Notes: a model not told the origin generated them from the letters alone. DNA of 35,965 nt from Catajapyx aquilonaris (GCA_000934665.2 KZ539028.1:1-35965); one strand, 5' to 3'; positions 21,812 through 34,761 are shown, numbered from the stretch's first letter. Numbers and translations: made by a program.

Positions 21812-22881
21812 CAAGGGAACTTCACACATTATAGATTGATTGCTGAATAAAACTTGGCACAATACTATAGGCTGGTAAGTCATTCACCAAAATGCACACC
21901 GCTTCGGCTGAGCGATACACAAGGTCAAAAGTTATGACCTCTCGAAGTCATCCCGGACAGCTTACCTAAGAGGGAAGGGTAAAGCACTGGCGGATGAAAA
22001 GAAGCATAGCAAATTAGCGTTTGTGCAAGTTTTTAATTATGATTGTGTTCAAAACAAAATTAGTAAATATGAATTCTACGATGTCGAAAACCTATATTTT
22101 CATACGCCATTCGTGCCAGGTATGTGACAAGTGGCTCTAACATGATGACAAGTTTCTCGCGGGTTTCCGTACGTGTGGGCCTGTTTGTGACATGCCAGGT
22201 ACGAATCGAGTATGAAAAGATAGGTTTTCGACACCTTAGAATTCATATTTGCTGTCAGAAATGCAAAAAGAGACATCCTTTAAAAAGTTTATAAGCCCCA
22301 GGCTGGTAGATTAGGAATGTGGTCTTGCTTATCTGCCTCCCTCCATGGACTGCCCAAACCCGTGCACGGTTTCATTTGAGGGGCTCCCAACAAGAGTGGT
22401 TCAAGTCACAGGTTGTTTCCGAGAAAATGGGAATTAAAGTTAATGACTTACACTGATGTCATATGTGATCAAATATATGAATCTTTGCAGTTCAATTCGT
22501 CCATGAATTTTTCTGGCCAACAACCAGTATTGCACATGAAAGATGATGGCATCGTGACGATCATGCCAATGGCATGATAACTTTTTTTTAATGATTTTTT
22601 GTCACTTGAACCACTCTTGTTGGGAGCTTCTCAATTTAGAACTCTGCTGATCAGAGTAATTAGCCCTTTCCAATGATGTAATAAAATGTATGCTTTTTTG
22701 AGCGCAATATCTGAAACTTCGCTCATGAGGTAAGATGTCCAGGATGACTTCGAGAGGTCATAACTTTTAACCTTGTATCTCAGCCGAAACGGTTTGCATT
22801 TTGGTGAATGACTTACCTGCCTCTATAATTATGCCAAGTTTCATTCAGCAAATCCATCTACATATTCGTGACGTTCCCTTG
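21812..22881. mobile_element. 1070-bp non-autonomous DNA transposon with ~155-bp TIRs, TCA TSD and two internal hairpins
   Basis: TCA|CAAGGGAACTTCAC ... GTGACGTTCCCTTG|TCA; inner inverted pairs at ~22063-22252 and ~22376-22633; superfamily not assigned. Confidence 0.8.
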
Positions 22882-22939
22882 TCAGATAACTCTTGATTAT
22901 AAATACCACTTGGCTATTTCATGCACATATCCACAAGAT

Positions 22940-23635
22940 TTTAAAAGAAGCATTTTTTTGCAAAAACAACATAATTATGTCAAAAATGGTCGAAAATGAG
23001 TCATGGCTACCACCTCATAGTTCCAATCCATGCGCTCTTAATGGTTTAATAGCAATGCAAAAGGACAGTTTTAATTAATATCATGAATTTATTATGAATA
23101 TATTATAATGAAAAGTGGAACATTATGCATTATTATTCCACCGTTTGTTTAGGAACAGCATTATGTCAATATCCTCCTGGATTTTTTTCCAAAATTACTA
23201 CCACTTGCAGATATTGATATTGACAATGTGTAGGAATCAACAGGTACTAATGGCTCAAAAAGATGGAGACGATTTTGCATTTGGTTTCACTGCAAAATCG
23301 TCTCCATCTTTTTGAGCGATATAGATACATTCTTTAATGATGAAAATCATATATTTTGTAATGAAACAATGGGAAATGAAAATTTATGCATCATTATTCC
23401 ACCTTTTAAGTAAGAACAGCATTATGTCAAATTTTTTTTTTAAATTCTTCCAGCACTACTACTGCTTGCAGATATTGGAAATTTATGTCATTATGTGTCA
23501 CATCAGTGTGTCCATAAGAGACTATTTCTTAGATTTGTGAAGGCCCTCTTTTGAAGAACGAAGATTGTTTTTGTCTCCTGAAAAGTGACATTTTTTGACA
23601 TATCTTATGCTGTTTTTGCAAAGAAGGCTTCTAAT
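22940..23635. repeat. Decayed inverted-repeat element containing a ~110-bp direct repeat and a perfect 27-bp hairpin (23253-23317)
   Basis: Outer TTTGCAAAAACAACATAA...TGTCAAAAA / TTTTTGACA...TTATGCTGTTTTTGCAAA; direct repeats at ~23110-23220 and ~23360-23478; stem GCTCAAAAAGATGGAGACGATTTTGCA. Confidence 0.65.
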
Positions 23636-24190
23636 GCACTTCACTCATTTGAGTTTTTAAAGTTTGGTAAATGTCTCAGACAAAAGGTTTGATTTAAGCC
23701 ATTGGTTCCAGCACAGGTGTGCTGTAGCAGCCTATTATACCGGTAGCTTATAAGAAAAATTCATGTGGCCTATGTCAAATAAGAATTCTCCATGGTGACG
23801 TCAAACATGCAAAGATCAGGACTTTTCCTGTGATGTTTCACCTTATTTCTGTCAAAACTATTATTGTTTATATTCATATATTTTAGAGACGACCTTTTAG
23901 AGAGCAACTTGTCTCAATAGTGGACTGTCCCTTGAAGGAAGTATGGCGGGACCAACTTTTCGAGTTTACTACAACCCCACTAAACCGAAGGTCTCTTACA
24001 GCCGAGTCTCTTATATCTGGAGTAAACTCTATTCCTTTATATGATGTACGGCCATAATGTGGCAATGTGGCATGGGTGTTCTAAGTATCAGGGTTGTTTT
24101 AAATAAATTATCGCTAATATTGGCCGAAGAAATTATTCTTGTGTAGTTTGTTTTGCCCCTATCCAGAAAACCTGAATTAACTCGTTAGAC

Positions 24191-24260
24191 CAGCGTTTCT
24201 CAACATTTTTACTCGTGCGGAACCATTGAAATTATATTAATGTCTCAGGGAACCCCTACA
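24191..24260. mobile_element. Terminal fragment of a hAT/Charlie-like MITE
   Basis: Starts CAGCGTTTCTCAAC...GCGGAACC...GGAACCCCT, a typical Charlie-type end; no partner TIR found. Confidence 0.45.
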
Positions 24261-24433
24261 TAAAAATTAAGTTATTAAATATGTTGCGGTCAAACACCGA
24301 AAACGCTCACTGAGCAAAAAAAAAAAAAACGACCATGTCGCAAAATGGTTGGTTTGAAAACAACAATTTCGCGAAATATTTACGTTCTCTCTCTCTCTCT
24401 CTCTCGATGAGCGTTTTCATCGTTTGAGCCTAA

Positions 24434-24552
24434 CAGAGGTTGGACGAAATAATAGGGACACCTGTTACAATTTTTTAATTACTATGGTGTTTGACCACCT
24501 TTGCCTTCAACACAGCCCCAATCCTTATCGGAATGGACGCATTCAAGTTTAC
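24434..24552 (-). mobile_element. Tc1 remnant: transposase C-terminus plus TIR
   Basis: Minus strand translates NLNASIPIRIGAVLKAK/GGQTP (one frameshift), matching the Tc1 C-terminal motif S(M)PxRxxAVxxAKGGxTxY; adjacent TIR-like CAGAGGTTGGACGAAATAATAGGGACACC. Confidence 0.7.
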
Positions 24553-25391
24553 AGCAGAGTAAACTCCACACTCGCCTTCTTGTTTGCATTGCAATCGAGT
24601 GAATAGACAACCTGGAAGATAATTTCATTGGGCCAATGAAGCAGTGTATGTCTCTATGAAGTCAACTTCTTTCATTCAGTTGACATAATAAAGATACAAT
24701 GGTAAATAAAATGAGACCCAACCAGACCACTCTAAGCAGATATGGTTATAAATGCATCCAGTAAAAATATGCTATAAATCTTTGACCCATCTCATCAAAA
24801 TAGATATCAAAATAGATATCAAAATAGAAGAGCCAATAACAAGTCAAGTGTATATATCCCCACCTGACACTTTTGGACCCATCCCCTGCAAGGATGGGTC
24901 ACAGCAGTGATAAGGATATGGGATGTAGGGTGGGCACAAATGAAAGCAAGTAAATAGCTTGGATTGTATGGTTTATTCAAGGGTACTCTCTGGGAACACT
25001 GAGACACCTGTCCCACTGCCATCTGACTGCCCGGTACACCTGTCATAAAATCACTGTGGCAAGCAATGGAGAATTCCACTCACAGTACTCCTCATCTCAA
25101 CATCATTTGCATATTGAGGCCCCTCAAGTACCTTATAAATCGCATAACCCCATATCAGGAATGTAGGATGAATGGAATCACACCTCTCATCCAAATCTGG
25201 CTGCCACCATCCAACAGTCTTGTCCCTGTTATCATCAGTTCTTGGAAGGTTGGGCCCAAAATTGGGAGGTGGGCAACAATTATTGAATTTTTGTTGATAT
25301 CAACCAACCTTGGTTGAAAGATATATGAGACTTGTATATTTAATTCTGGAATCATTCATAACAATGTTCCTGTAGAGTTGACTGGTCAGGT

Positions 25392-25634
25392 ATCATTTGG
25401 GGGGTGTGGTGGAAAAAGGTGATAACTGTCATTTTTGAACTGAACACCTAGCAACTATGTAAAAGACATGACAAACAGTTTGATATACTCAAAGTTCACG
25501 TATCATGCATGATACGTCAACATGGACTATATTAAAACCAGCATTCTCTATGATTTGTGAAGAGAATGCAAACTTAAATTCGCTCTCCTGAAGAATTACT
25601 TTTGTCACGTTTTTCCACCACACCCCTCATTTGA
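25392..25634. repeat. Short inverted-repeat pair, possible old MITE
   Basis: GGGGTGTGGTGGAAAAAGGTGA / TCACGTTTTTCCACCACACCCC. Confidence 0.5.
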
Positions 25635-27098
25635 TTCACCCTCGTATCTCTCCCTGCTGTTTAGGAACACTACACTTGTTAGGCAAGTTGTACTTTAATG
25701 GCAGACATTTCTTTTTGCTCAGTAGGTCTCAGTAGGGGAAATGACATTTGGCAGTGAGTGGTAGGATGATGTGAATAATAATTAGACCAAGCATCGGTCT
25801 CACTGAGAAAAAGTTGACTGGCAATAGCAGAAACTAAAGGTAGCACATAATTATATTGTTTAATTATGCTCATTGTGCTTAACAAACAGTATACGCTGTT
25901 ACCTCAGTCTTTTTGAGAGTGAGTACAACGTGCCTAATAAGTGCAGGGTCCGTAGGGTTAGGTAATGGCTGGCCCTTTGTTGCTCTTGGTTGGTCAGTTG
26001 GTATTTGGTTAGAGAAATCAAAACGTTCACACGTTTCCATCATTCATCTACTCTTGCAATCACTATTCACCCGTATCTATCACAGTACATTAGGTAGTTT
26101 CGTTACACCTATTCACACTAACATTTCACTTATTTAAAACAGGTGCGGGTGAGACAATAACAAAAGACAAGAACAATGTAATAAAATTTTTTGCTACAAA
26201 AAACACTGAGTGAGTGCTCCCACCATCTCGAGGTAGACCCCAAATGCTAAATAATTGCGAAGCACTGACCCAAGGGTGGTGGAAGCTTTAAATATAACTC
26301 ACACAATCGTTAAGCCAAAAATATTGCATCCATTTACACTCAAAACAAAAAAATATATGACAACTTGAGTAACATGACAAATGATACTTGCAGAGCTTTG
26401 AACCCACGTTGGTACAAGAGTACTATGGAAGAAGACTGAACATTTTGGGGGGAAAGGCTGGTGTGTTGTGTGCAGTTGTATTTGTGTGTGAATTTATGTC
26501 TGCATGTGTACATGATGCCTGCATGGGTATGGCTTTGGCAACACTTACGCAGTCTGAAACAAGAATCGCATCATCATCTGATGACATTTTCGGAATTTTT
26601 GTTCTGGTGAAGACATTTTAAAGTGCTCACAGTGAACACATACCTTCACAATGAAAATTACAGGATTAATAAAAGCAGCATTAAAGGTTTGGTGAGACAA
26701 ACTTTCAGGTGTATTTTTTCTGTTGTGGTTGGGGAACTTTAGGTTAGTATTTACATGTTACTTTTCCTCGTAAGTTTGGCCAAATCAAGGGGGAATGCAT
26801 GCATGTGTGTGTATTCCAGTCTTGCATAAGCTGTAGGGACCTTGGAGAGGGAGTGACTTAGCTGCCAGGTGTCATAAAACTGTGGCATCATATTTAAGGT
26901 TCCACAATGTCAGACGGACCTCTTAGTGAATTACAAACCTTGAAAAAGTCCTTACAAGTTACAGTATGTGAAAAGTTAGGTAAGGTAAGGTACGTTTTGG
27001 TGTGCATTTCTACAATGATAGGTAAAGTCAGGCTCTACATGTGTCAAGGAAAAGTCCCCACACCTAATGCATCATCAGTGTGTCTATGTGAGTGTGTA

Positions 27099-27417
27099 CA
27101 GGTCTTCAATTAGCTCTGGGGACGGAAATGGGAGTTTTTACTGTAACTGTGGGGACATCCTCCAATTTGTGGGGACATTTTTGGTCCCTACAGTTAAAAC
27201 GCCTGATTTGGTACTGCTTTAGTGGGGACATGTCCCCACAATTGGGTTTCTTTAAAATCCATTTATCTCCGCCTAGGTTAGTTATAGTAGGGTAGGTTTG
27301 GTAGGATAGGATAGGTTAGGTTAGGTTAGGTTAGGTTAGCATAATTTATGTTAGGATAAACTAGGTTTCAAAAGTTGTGTTAGCCATGTCCCCACAGCTA
27401 ATTCAGGACAAGACCTG
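27099..27417. mobile_element. MITE with repeated GTGGGGAC motifs and internal (TTAGG)n, flanked by TG-rich sequence (CMC/EnSpm-like)
   Basis: CAGGTCTT...AATTAGCTCTGGGGAC / GTCCCCACAGCTAATT...AAGACCTG; several GGGGAC/GTCCCC motifs; (GGTTA)5 at ~27314-27339. Superfamily assignment is by resemblance only. Confidence 0.6.
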
Positions 27418-29230
27418 ATGCAGGTGTGTGTGTATGTGTCTAGTACAGTACATGTGGGATATGGTACTATACTCCGGGAATGGTGAAGCGGTACTGCTAG
27501 GTGGTATGTAGGTTACCTGTCCTGACCTGGTGTGACAAATCTCACAGATAATGATCCCCCCTGTATCTTACTTCAAAAATATATTCAGACAGCCCATATG
27601 ACCAACTGTGAAGCATGGCATGGAAATCACATCTTAACAACAGTATCCTCACTGCTTGATCATTAAGTGCACGATGAAAAAATATACCGCTTGTGCTGCC
27701 TTAGGCGAGCAATGATGGTGCAACCCACTTGGACACAAGTGTACATTACGAATGTTTCTCCTGGAAAAATAGTACATATCTAGAACTGACATTCCCATAT
27801 TATGTACTGTATATTATTTAGCTCGTCTTTACATCATTCATTCTCTCAGTTCCAGTGATTCATTCTGACAATAAAACTACAAAGATAGTTGTTTTCTTGC
27901 AAACAACCAGAATAACAACAAGAACAACAAGTAACAAATACAGTGGAATCCTGTTCAAAGTCAACAATACCACAACACAGAAGAAGTGGTCCCTCCAGGT
28001 GAAAGAAGTGTGTGGAAAAGTGTAGAACACAGTGGGTAACAACTACTGCGGCATGTCTTTGTTCCCACATGGGTGGGAACATAACAATAAGAGCACCACA
28101 AAAACAAAGAAAATTAAAAGACCGTTCCAAGGCAAACCATTAAAAAGTCCAGGCAGCAGACTCTGCTCTCAGTCAAAACAGTTCCACTGAAATGACGATT
28201 CCACTGTGTGCACACAGAGTGAATGATGGGAGTCCTTCCGTATCTGATGTCTTTGAGCGCGAGGACGTCTCCAATACCTACGTCCTCACTAATAACAAAA
28301 TACAAATTTGTGCACTGTACGTAACATACTTGCACTGATGATGGCAGGAAATTCATCTGCATGGCAAAGAGTCTACACAAGAACATGTCTCTTCAAAGAA
28401 CATCCCATGTCTCTTCGCGTACAGAAAATGGAACTATGAATTGGCACATGATTGTATCAGACATCAATGTTAAGGTAGTCCAGAAGCAGGATTACTGCCA
28501 AGCTGAAGAGCAAAGAGAAGAGAAGTAGCTGAGAAAATTTTACAAATGCATTCTGATACAGTGCTTGAACTGATTCTGAACACAGCCACAGGATAATTGC
28601 TTGGCTTGCCACATCCAGTACTTGAAGTGTTGCAAAATCATGAAGAAAATTGCATTCCAAAAGTGCTCCACTAATGTCATGTAGTTGGCATGGTAATAAT
28701 TGGAGAAAGCAGCAGGGAAATACTAAATTCACGTATGTGCAGTTAAATTTCCTATCAGGAAGTGGTTTATCACTAAAAGTCCATGTAATTGCTTTCTGGC
28801 AGAGAATATTAAAATTTTGAAAAACCATTATCTTAGGGCAGACCAATACTTCATTTTATAAACATGCTATTTGTAGTCACGCGAGTACCTTCAATAAATG
28901 GAGCAAATGAGAACTTTCATATCCAGTCAGCCTTTTATGATAACTTTCAATACCAGACAATGCAAGGAAAATTCATGGTATCATGCTAAACTATTCTTAT
29001 AAATTACTGGTGTCCAGCAGATTAAATAGTTGCAAATCACCTTATGGTGACATGAGATAGAACCAATGCCTTACACTTGGAGAATTTTATTAACATTCAC
29101 TTGATATACCTGGTTACACATCATATTTAATTATCAGTCCAGTGGAATGCCACGAAGTACTAATGATTGTCGCATTTATTTCATGGATGGACAATAAACA
29201 TGGTGCAGAAATTCAACATACCTTGGCCAT

Positions 29231-29620
29231 GGGGGATGGTGGAAGGATTCTAGGTGATAATTTTAAGTACAGGTGTTGTGGGTCTCCACAGCATAGTTAC
29301 CAAGATAATGGGCTTAACACAAGGTATCAAATATCTTGGCAGGTACACGTCCCTCCATGCAACCTGACCTTTTAATTTAAAACGTGTTATGATGCAATTT
29401 AAATGCAAGATATGATCCCATTAGGTGTAGCAGATAATGGCCTATACTACTGAAGTGTCGAAGGCTGTATACATGACGTGAAAGATGCTATAATGCATTC
29501 TTTACTTGATGCTACTTATCTCGGTAACTAAGCTGTGGAGACCCACAATACCTACACTTATCAGTAAAATTTTAAAGGTAATTTTATAAATGGTTGCCTA
29601 GAACCCCTTGACCATCCCCC
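29231..29620. repeat. Decayed foldback/MITE
   Basis: GGGGGATGGT...TTCTAGG and TGTGGGTCTCCACAGC.TAGTTACC.AGATAA recur as reverse complements at 29516-29620. Confidence 0.65.
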
Positions 29621-29869
29621 AAAGCCAGGGAATGCTAAATTTCCACACCCTGTATATACAGTACCATGTATATTTTGGTTGTGATCAGCATCTGAATAAT
29701 ATATTATATAGTCATACCTTTTAACAGCATTTTTGTTGTTGAAACTCAGTAAAAAACTATACAACATACTGCATTTATTTGAACACTGAACAATTTCTTA
29801 AAAAATATTTCGGCAATACAAAATTCCTATTTTACTCTGAGTAATGTGCTGCTGTCCAATGAATCTTAC

Positions 29870-30517
29870 CTGTGTGGGCAAGTTCACTCCATGGTGGGAG
29901 CTGGTAGCAGTCACATAGCCTAACGTTGGAGGTGGGGGTGGGGGTGGGGGTGGAGGTGGGGGAGGAGGGGGTGGTGGTGGAGATGGTGGAGGATGTGGTG
30001 CTACCGGGTATGCAGTGAAGTTGGGCGGTGCAACATGGCTTGGCGAATACTTATAGGCAGCAGCTGTTGGCATACTGTAAATGCAAGTGATGTCATTCAG
30101 TACCGCAAAGATTGCACAGGTAACGAAGCCTATACCTGATGTCAGTTCCAGAATTGGAAGCCGCAGGGGATATCATAGACACTGCAGCACCTGGAGCAGA
30201 TACAACATATACCGGTTGAGTTGGACCTTCAGTTCCTCCACTTGGATGAACAATGGGCAGTGATGTGAATCCTGAATACCCTCGGAGTACGGGAACTGAA
30301 AAGACATGAATTATGTATAACACGCTTTAAAATACAGCCATGAAAAGCTACACCCACCAGCAACCCGGCCATCCTGTCCCTGCCCATCTTGAGCTTGCAT
30401 TTCTGACGGCTGTGCAGCCTGGGTGACACCTTGAGGCTGGACGTAGGGTGGGTATACTAACTGGACTCCCGGTTGGTTCACTGAGTTTATTGCACCCGGA
30501 ACGTAACAGAAAGTCAC
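29870..30517 (-). CDS. Partial gene: three internal exons (30517-30358, 30295-30136, 30074-29870) encoding a Pro/Gln/Tyr-rich low-complexity region with a polyproline tract
   Basis: GT-AG introns of 62 and 61 nt; phases 0-1-2-0 give 175 stop-free codons (VTFCYVPGAINS...QLVYPPYVQPQG...YPVAPHPPPSPPPPPPPPPPPPPPPPPTLGYV...NLPTQ); strong final donor CAG|GTAAGA. Other exons were not resolved. Confidence 0.7.
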
Positions 30518-31469
30518 CTAAAATGAGTATAAAATTGTAATCAATTTTGTGGGATCCACCAATATCAAAGTAATCTACAGCTCAGCCCCACCATTCCAAA
30601 ACCCAGTATCAGACATTTGGTAGGAAATTGAGATATCAACCTGTATGTAGAGCCTTAATCCTTCGAGACATATTCAAGATGCAGAATATTCAGAAAAAAT
30701 CATGAGGAGATTTTTCACATGATGTAAAACACACTTGAAGACGACTGCTCACGAAACCATTGCATTGCCCTGAAAGTGATCCATTACGCAGGGTGCAGAA
30801 ATCTAAGGTATCATCATTTGGGGGATGGTAGAGGGAATCATCCTCATAGTATAAAGCTCAAAATTTGCACATAATTATATATGAGGCATTCCATGTCAAC
30901 CTGACCACTTTCCGACAAATCTATTCCTATTTCGACCAAAATTCATAGGTCTGTACTACTAGGCATTATATGTCCGGAACCAAGATTTTGTCTCTCTGTG
31001 ACACATGGTTGCGAAACTACAGGGTGTGCAAGTTGCGATTTTTCAGTCATTTTACGCTGTCAGGCCTTTGAATGGAGGCCTGTAACTTCTGAACCCCGAA
31101 AGTGAATCCAAATGTGATGCGTGATTTCATAAGCTCTTTTTATGATATTTCATAATATCGCAATGAAAATCTTTGGAAATAAATATTAACATTTTAAGAT
31201 GGCCACAAAATTTTGGGTTTAATATTAAAGTTGGCCCTTTTTGAGATTTTTTGAATGGCACTCAAAATGAACCTTGAAATGTTTCCTTCATATTTCCGAA
31301 AAGTCTACGAGGTGCCGTCTGGAAACTCCCCGCTAGAGGGCGAAAATGCAGCCATAGCGCGCTCTGGACCCATACACTGTCACTTGGGAGGACCATAACA
31401 CCATGGAGATACAGATAGGGTTAAATCTGAAACTTGATGTGTGTATTGGAAAGGTATTTTCACGCTCTA

Positions 31470-32047
31470 CAGGATGTTTCAGAGTCACGGGTCAAGTGCG
31501 CGCGAGGGGGTGGGGAAAAATCGCAGGTGGCGACAACCCCGGTTGGTTTTATAAAACAATGAGAAATACGGCAGTAATCAATATATTTATTACGGCCGTA
31601 CGGCGTGACGTCACATCCTTTCTGTATTCGAATTGACCAGTGCGGACTGGCAGATTCAGTGGTTTGAACCTGGTTGAACGGGTTTTTAGCCTTGCGGGTT
31701 GCACTGAAAAAGGCGCTCTCATGCTACACCGGCAGGGTACTGAACACACCACTGTACAGTAGTACATTACATTGTACAGTACCCTTCCGGTGTAGCATGA
31801 GAGCGCCTTTTTCAGTGCAACCCGCAAGGCTAAAAACGCGCTCAACCAGGTTCAAACCACTGAATCTGCCAGTCTGCACCGGTCAATTCGAATACAGAAA
31901 GGATGAGACGTCACGCCGTACGGCCGTAATAAATAAATTGATTACTGCCGTATTTCTAATTGTTTTATAAAACCGACCGGGGTTGTCGCCACCTACGATT
32001 TTTCCCCACCCCCTCGCACGTGCTTGACGTGACTCTGAAACACCCTG
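31470..32047. mobile_element. 578-bp foldback Tc1/mariner-like MITE (arms ~275 bp)
   Basis: TA|CAGGATGTTTCAGAGTCACG ... CGTGACTCTGAAACACCCTG|TA; arms are highly complementary around a ~26-nt loop at ~31747-31772. Confidence 0.9.
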
Positions 32048-32153
32048 TATAAGATGGTTATTCTCATCTGAATAAAAATCTAAAATTTTGCATCCAAAAT
32101 GGCGGCCAAAAACCTTGATTTTCACATTTCTCATTAATCTACTGATGCGAATT

Positions 32154-32712
32154 GTTTTGAATGGCACTTGAAATTGCACAGGAAATGTTTTCTTGAAATT
32201 CCCGCAAAATCTGGAAAACAAATTCTATATAATTATGCCAACTATAAAACATTTTGTGCATTTTCAGGCGCTTCTGAGAAAGGAGTACGTTTCAGAATTT
32301 TTATTGTTGTGTAAAGATATTCTAAAACACTTTTCACATGGAAAAATGATTAAGTTGACATTTGTCAATCCGTCAATATTTTTGAACCTGCCACTTTAGC
32401 AATGGTATAGTTGTTATTTAGCCACAATGATGCTATCTCATTGTTGCTTAATAAAAATTATAAAATTGTTCAAATTGCAGTTTTGAGATTATTTCTGAAT
32501 CGACAAATGTCCACCTAATCATTTTTCCACGTGAAAAGTGTCTTAGAATATATTTACACAACAATAAAAACTCTGAAATGGCCTCCTTTCTCAGAAGTGC
32601 CTGAATATGCACAAAATGTTTTATAGTTGCCATATATGGAATTTCTGTCTTCCAGATTTTGCGGGAATCTCAAGAAAACATTTCCCGCGCAATTTCAAGT
32701 GCCATTCAAAAC
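32154..32712. mobile_element. ~560-bp foldback element (arms ~215 bp)
   Basis: GTTTTGAATGGCACTTGAAATTGC ... GCAATTTCAAGTGCCATTCAAAAC; a related motif occurs at ~31250. Confidence 0.85.
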
Positions 32713-33842
32713 TGTACTCCTGCCCTTTTTCAATCTCCCGAGACACAAACATTTATATCACTGGCCCAAAGTCCACCCCGAAAAGATTTACCTTTTGTTT
32801 GTTGTCACTGCAGAGCAACAACTTTTCCAACTGTATTATTTTTTTGTTTATGCAACCCAACTATTACTTCATGCTAACATTGTTTTGTGATCAGGGTCTG
32901 TTACAGCAACAGTTTCCAAGGACATCCCCCTCCCCTAGTTTATTCTTTTTTTCTTCTTCTCCTTTTTCCCCTCATTGGTTATGCTTTTTGGTTGTTATAA
33001 TCATTGGCCTACCTGGACACACCATTAGTTTCTACCTATGTATTGGTTGATGGCCAGTGGCCAGGGTTTATTTTGTTGTATAAGTGGAGCTTTATTATCT
33101 ACATTATTAATACTGTACCCATAACTCCGCCCGAACCGTACGGCCTACAGCGTTGGGAGTGCTCTCAAAATTTTGCCAGCGTCTTATGTATATGCCCACC
33201 ACTTTTGTTTTTTTTGGAAAAAGTGACCAGGGAATTTATAAAATGGAAAAAACTGCGATGGCCTATACAGACCGCCTAAAAAAAAGGCTGCGACATTTCC
33301 ACGAAGTTCGCATCGTGGCCGCGGGGCGCCACCTCCCGGGTGGCAACTCGCTGACTTCCTAAGGGGGGGATAAAGAGAATTTAGGAGTAAAGTTCTCGCT
33401 AACTAACAACAGCAGAACCGATTTTTTTTTGTGTGTAAGTGTAACTGACTCTCTTACACATGCGTGATGTACTTTTCCCATATTCTTAATGAAGTATTTT
33501 AAAAAGTCATTTGCATTCCAGAGTAAATTACGCCGTCGTAGAATTTTAAGTTATGTTATGCACCCAAAAATGCGGCAAAATGAGGTACTCCGGACCTGTG
33601 AAGCCGATTTTTATATTTAGCTAAAACCTTTCGGCAAGTAATAATTTTGTCAACATTTGACTGATTTGATAACTACTAGAAGTTGGGGGAACCCTAATTT
33701 TCACGGTTTTTATTGTGCCTAGAGGGAATGGTCAACCGCAAACGTGACCTTTCTTTTGTGTAGCTAGGGTGGGATCCACTGTCTCCTCTTTCGGCCAGAG
33801 TTGGAACTCGAAGAAGTCCCGATTATCCTTTTTTCCCCCCCC

Positions 33843-33931
33843 NNNNNNNNNNNNNNNNNNNNNNNNNNNNNNNNNNNNNNNNNNNNNNNNNNNNNNNNNN
33901 NNNNNNNNNNNNNNNNNNNNNNNNNNNNNNN
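33843..33931. other. Assembly gap (89 N) flanked by poly-C
   Basis: Directly visible. Confidence 0.99.
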
Positions 33932-34526
33932 CCCCCCCTTTCCCAATTTTTTTTTTTGCCAATTGGTGCCTAGTCTTGTATTATAACATCTATGTCATTA
34001 TTGTTATATGGGTTCCTCTCCCCTGCAAATAATAAAGTACTTTATACTTGACTTCATACTTGATAGGAAGTTGCAGGGGGCTGGTAACACAAAAAATGAA
34101 AAAGATAAGGTTGCACAGAGGGATACATACCTGTTTTAAACCCATTATCACAGTATAACTAGGGAACAGGGACAATACCTACACTTACGAATAACCCTTG
34201 CCCTGTACCATCCCCCAAAGTGATGGTCCATTATAATTTCTACACCCAGTATTCATATTCCTTGATGTCATGATTGCATGGCAGTTTAGAATTGTTGACA
34301 AGGTGGAACTGAACAGGGCTGCAATTTGGTGTTCATTATTTGACTAGAGGTATGACACATGTTATGAAAACCCAAAGTTTCCTCCCCTGTGTAATGTTAT
34401 GCAATGCAGGGCCTATTTTTTCCACAAGTTCTCCATGCAGCAAGTGCCAGTTGGTCATTTGCACCAACTTTAATTCAAGTATTAAGGTTGGGGCAACGTG
34501 TTTATAAAGTATGATTAGAGCATATA

Positions 34527-34761
34527 AAGGGTGTTCCATGTTCGTGAGTTGTTTTTAGTTATCACTAATATCATCTGAAGAAGTTATTTTTTTGTAACTT
34601 GTTGCACCCTGATCCAGGTGCCCCATTACTACCAGGTGGTCGAATGTAGCAGTTGCTTTAGAATAGGGCACCTGGATCAGGGTGCAGCAAGTTACAAAAA
34701 AATAATAGCTTCAAGCAAAATTTCTTATAACTAAAAGTACTAATATACTTGGAACACCTTG
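34527..34761. mobile_element. 235-bp Tc1/mariner-like hairpin MITE
   Basis: TA|AAGGGTGTTCCA ... TGGAACACCTTG|TA; inner stem TTTTTTTGTAACTTG.TGCACCCTGATCCAGGTGCCC and its reverse complement. Confidence 0.75.

Larger units (their letters stand above)
18300..22900 (+). repeat. Direct segmental duplication of ~1470-7480 (exons, introns and flanks)
   Basis: Intronic and flanking homology, e.g. GGATGATGCAA.ATCCTGTGAT (1884/18398), ATTCGCCTAAGCCCTAAGG (3052/19323) and GTCAGATAACTCTTG (7460/22881). Confidence 0.9.

Noticed and set aside
27314..27339. (TTAGG)n as a telomeric remnant or evidence of an arthropod host
   Set aside because: Only ~5 units, located inside a TIR-bounded element, so it is not informative.
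24819..28846. Candidate downstream exons of the minus-strand gene (24819-25079, ~26750-26879, ~27420-27530, 28457-28846)
   Set aside because: Could not be chained with consistent splice sites and phases, and no recognisable homology; may be UTR or intron.
31549..31970. Mirror-image ~98-aa ORFs on both strands (also at 15515-15805 and 32193-32890)
   Set aside because: A consequence of palindromic MITE arms; no recognisable domain.
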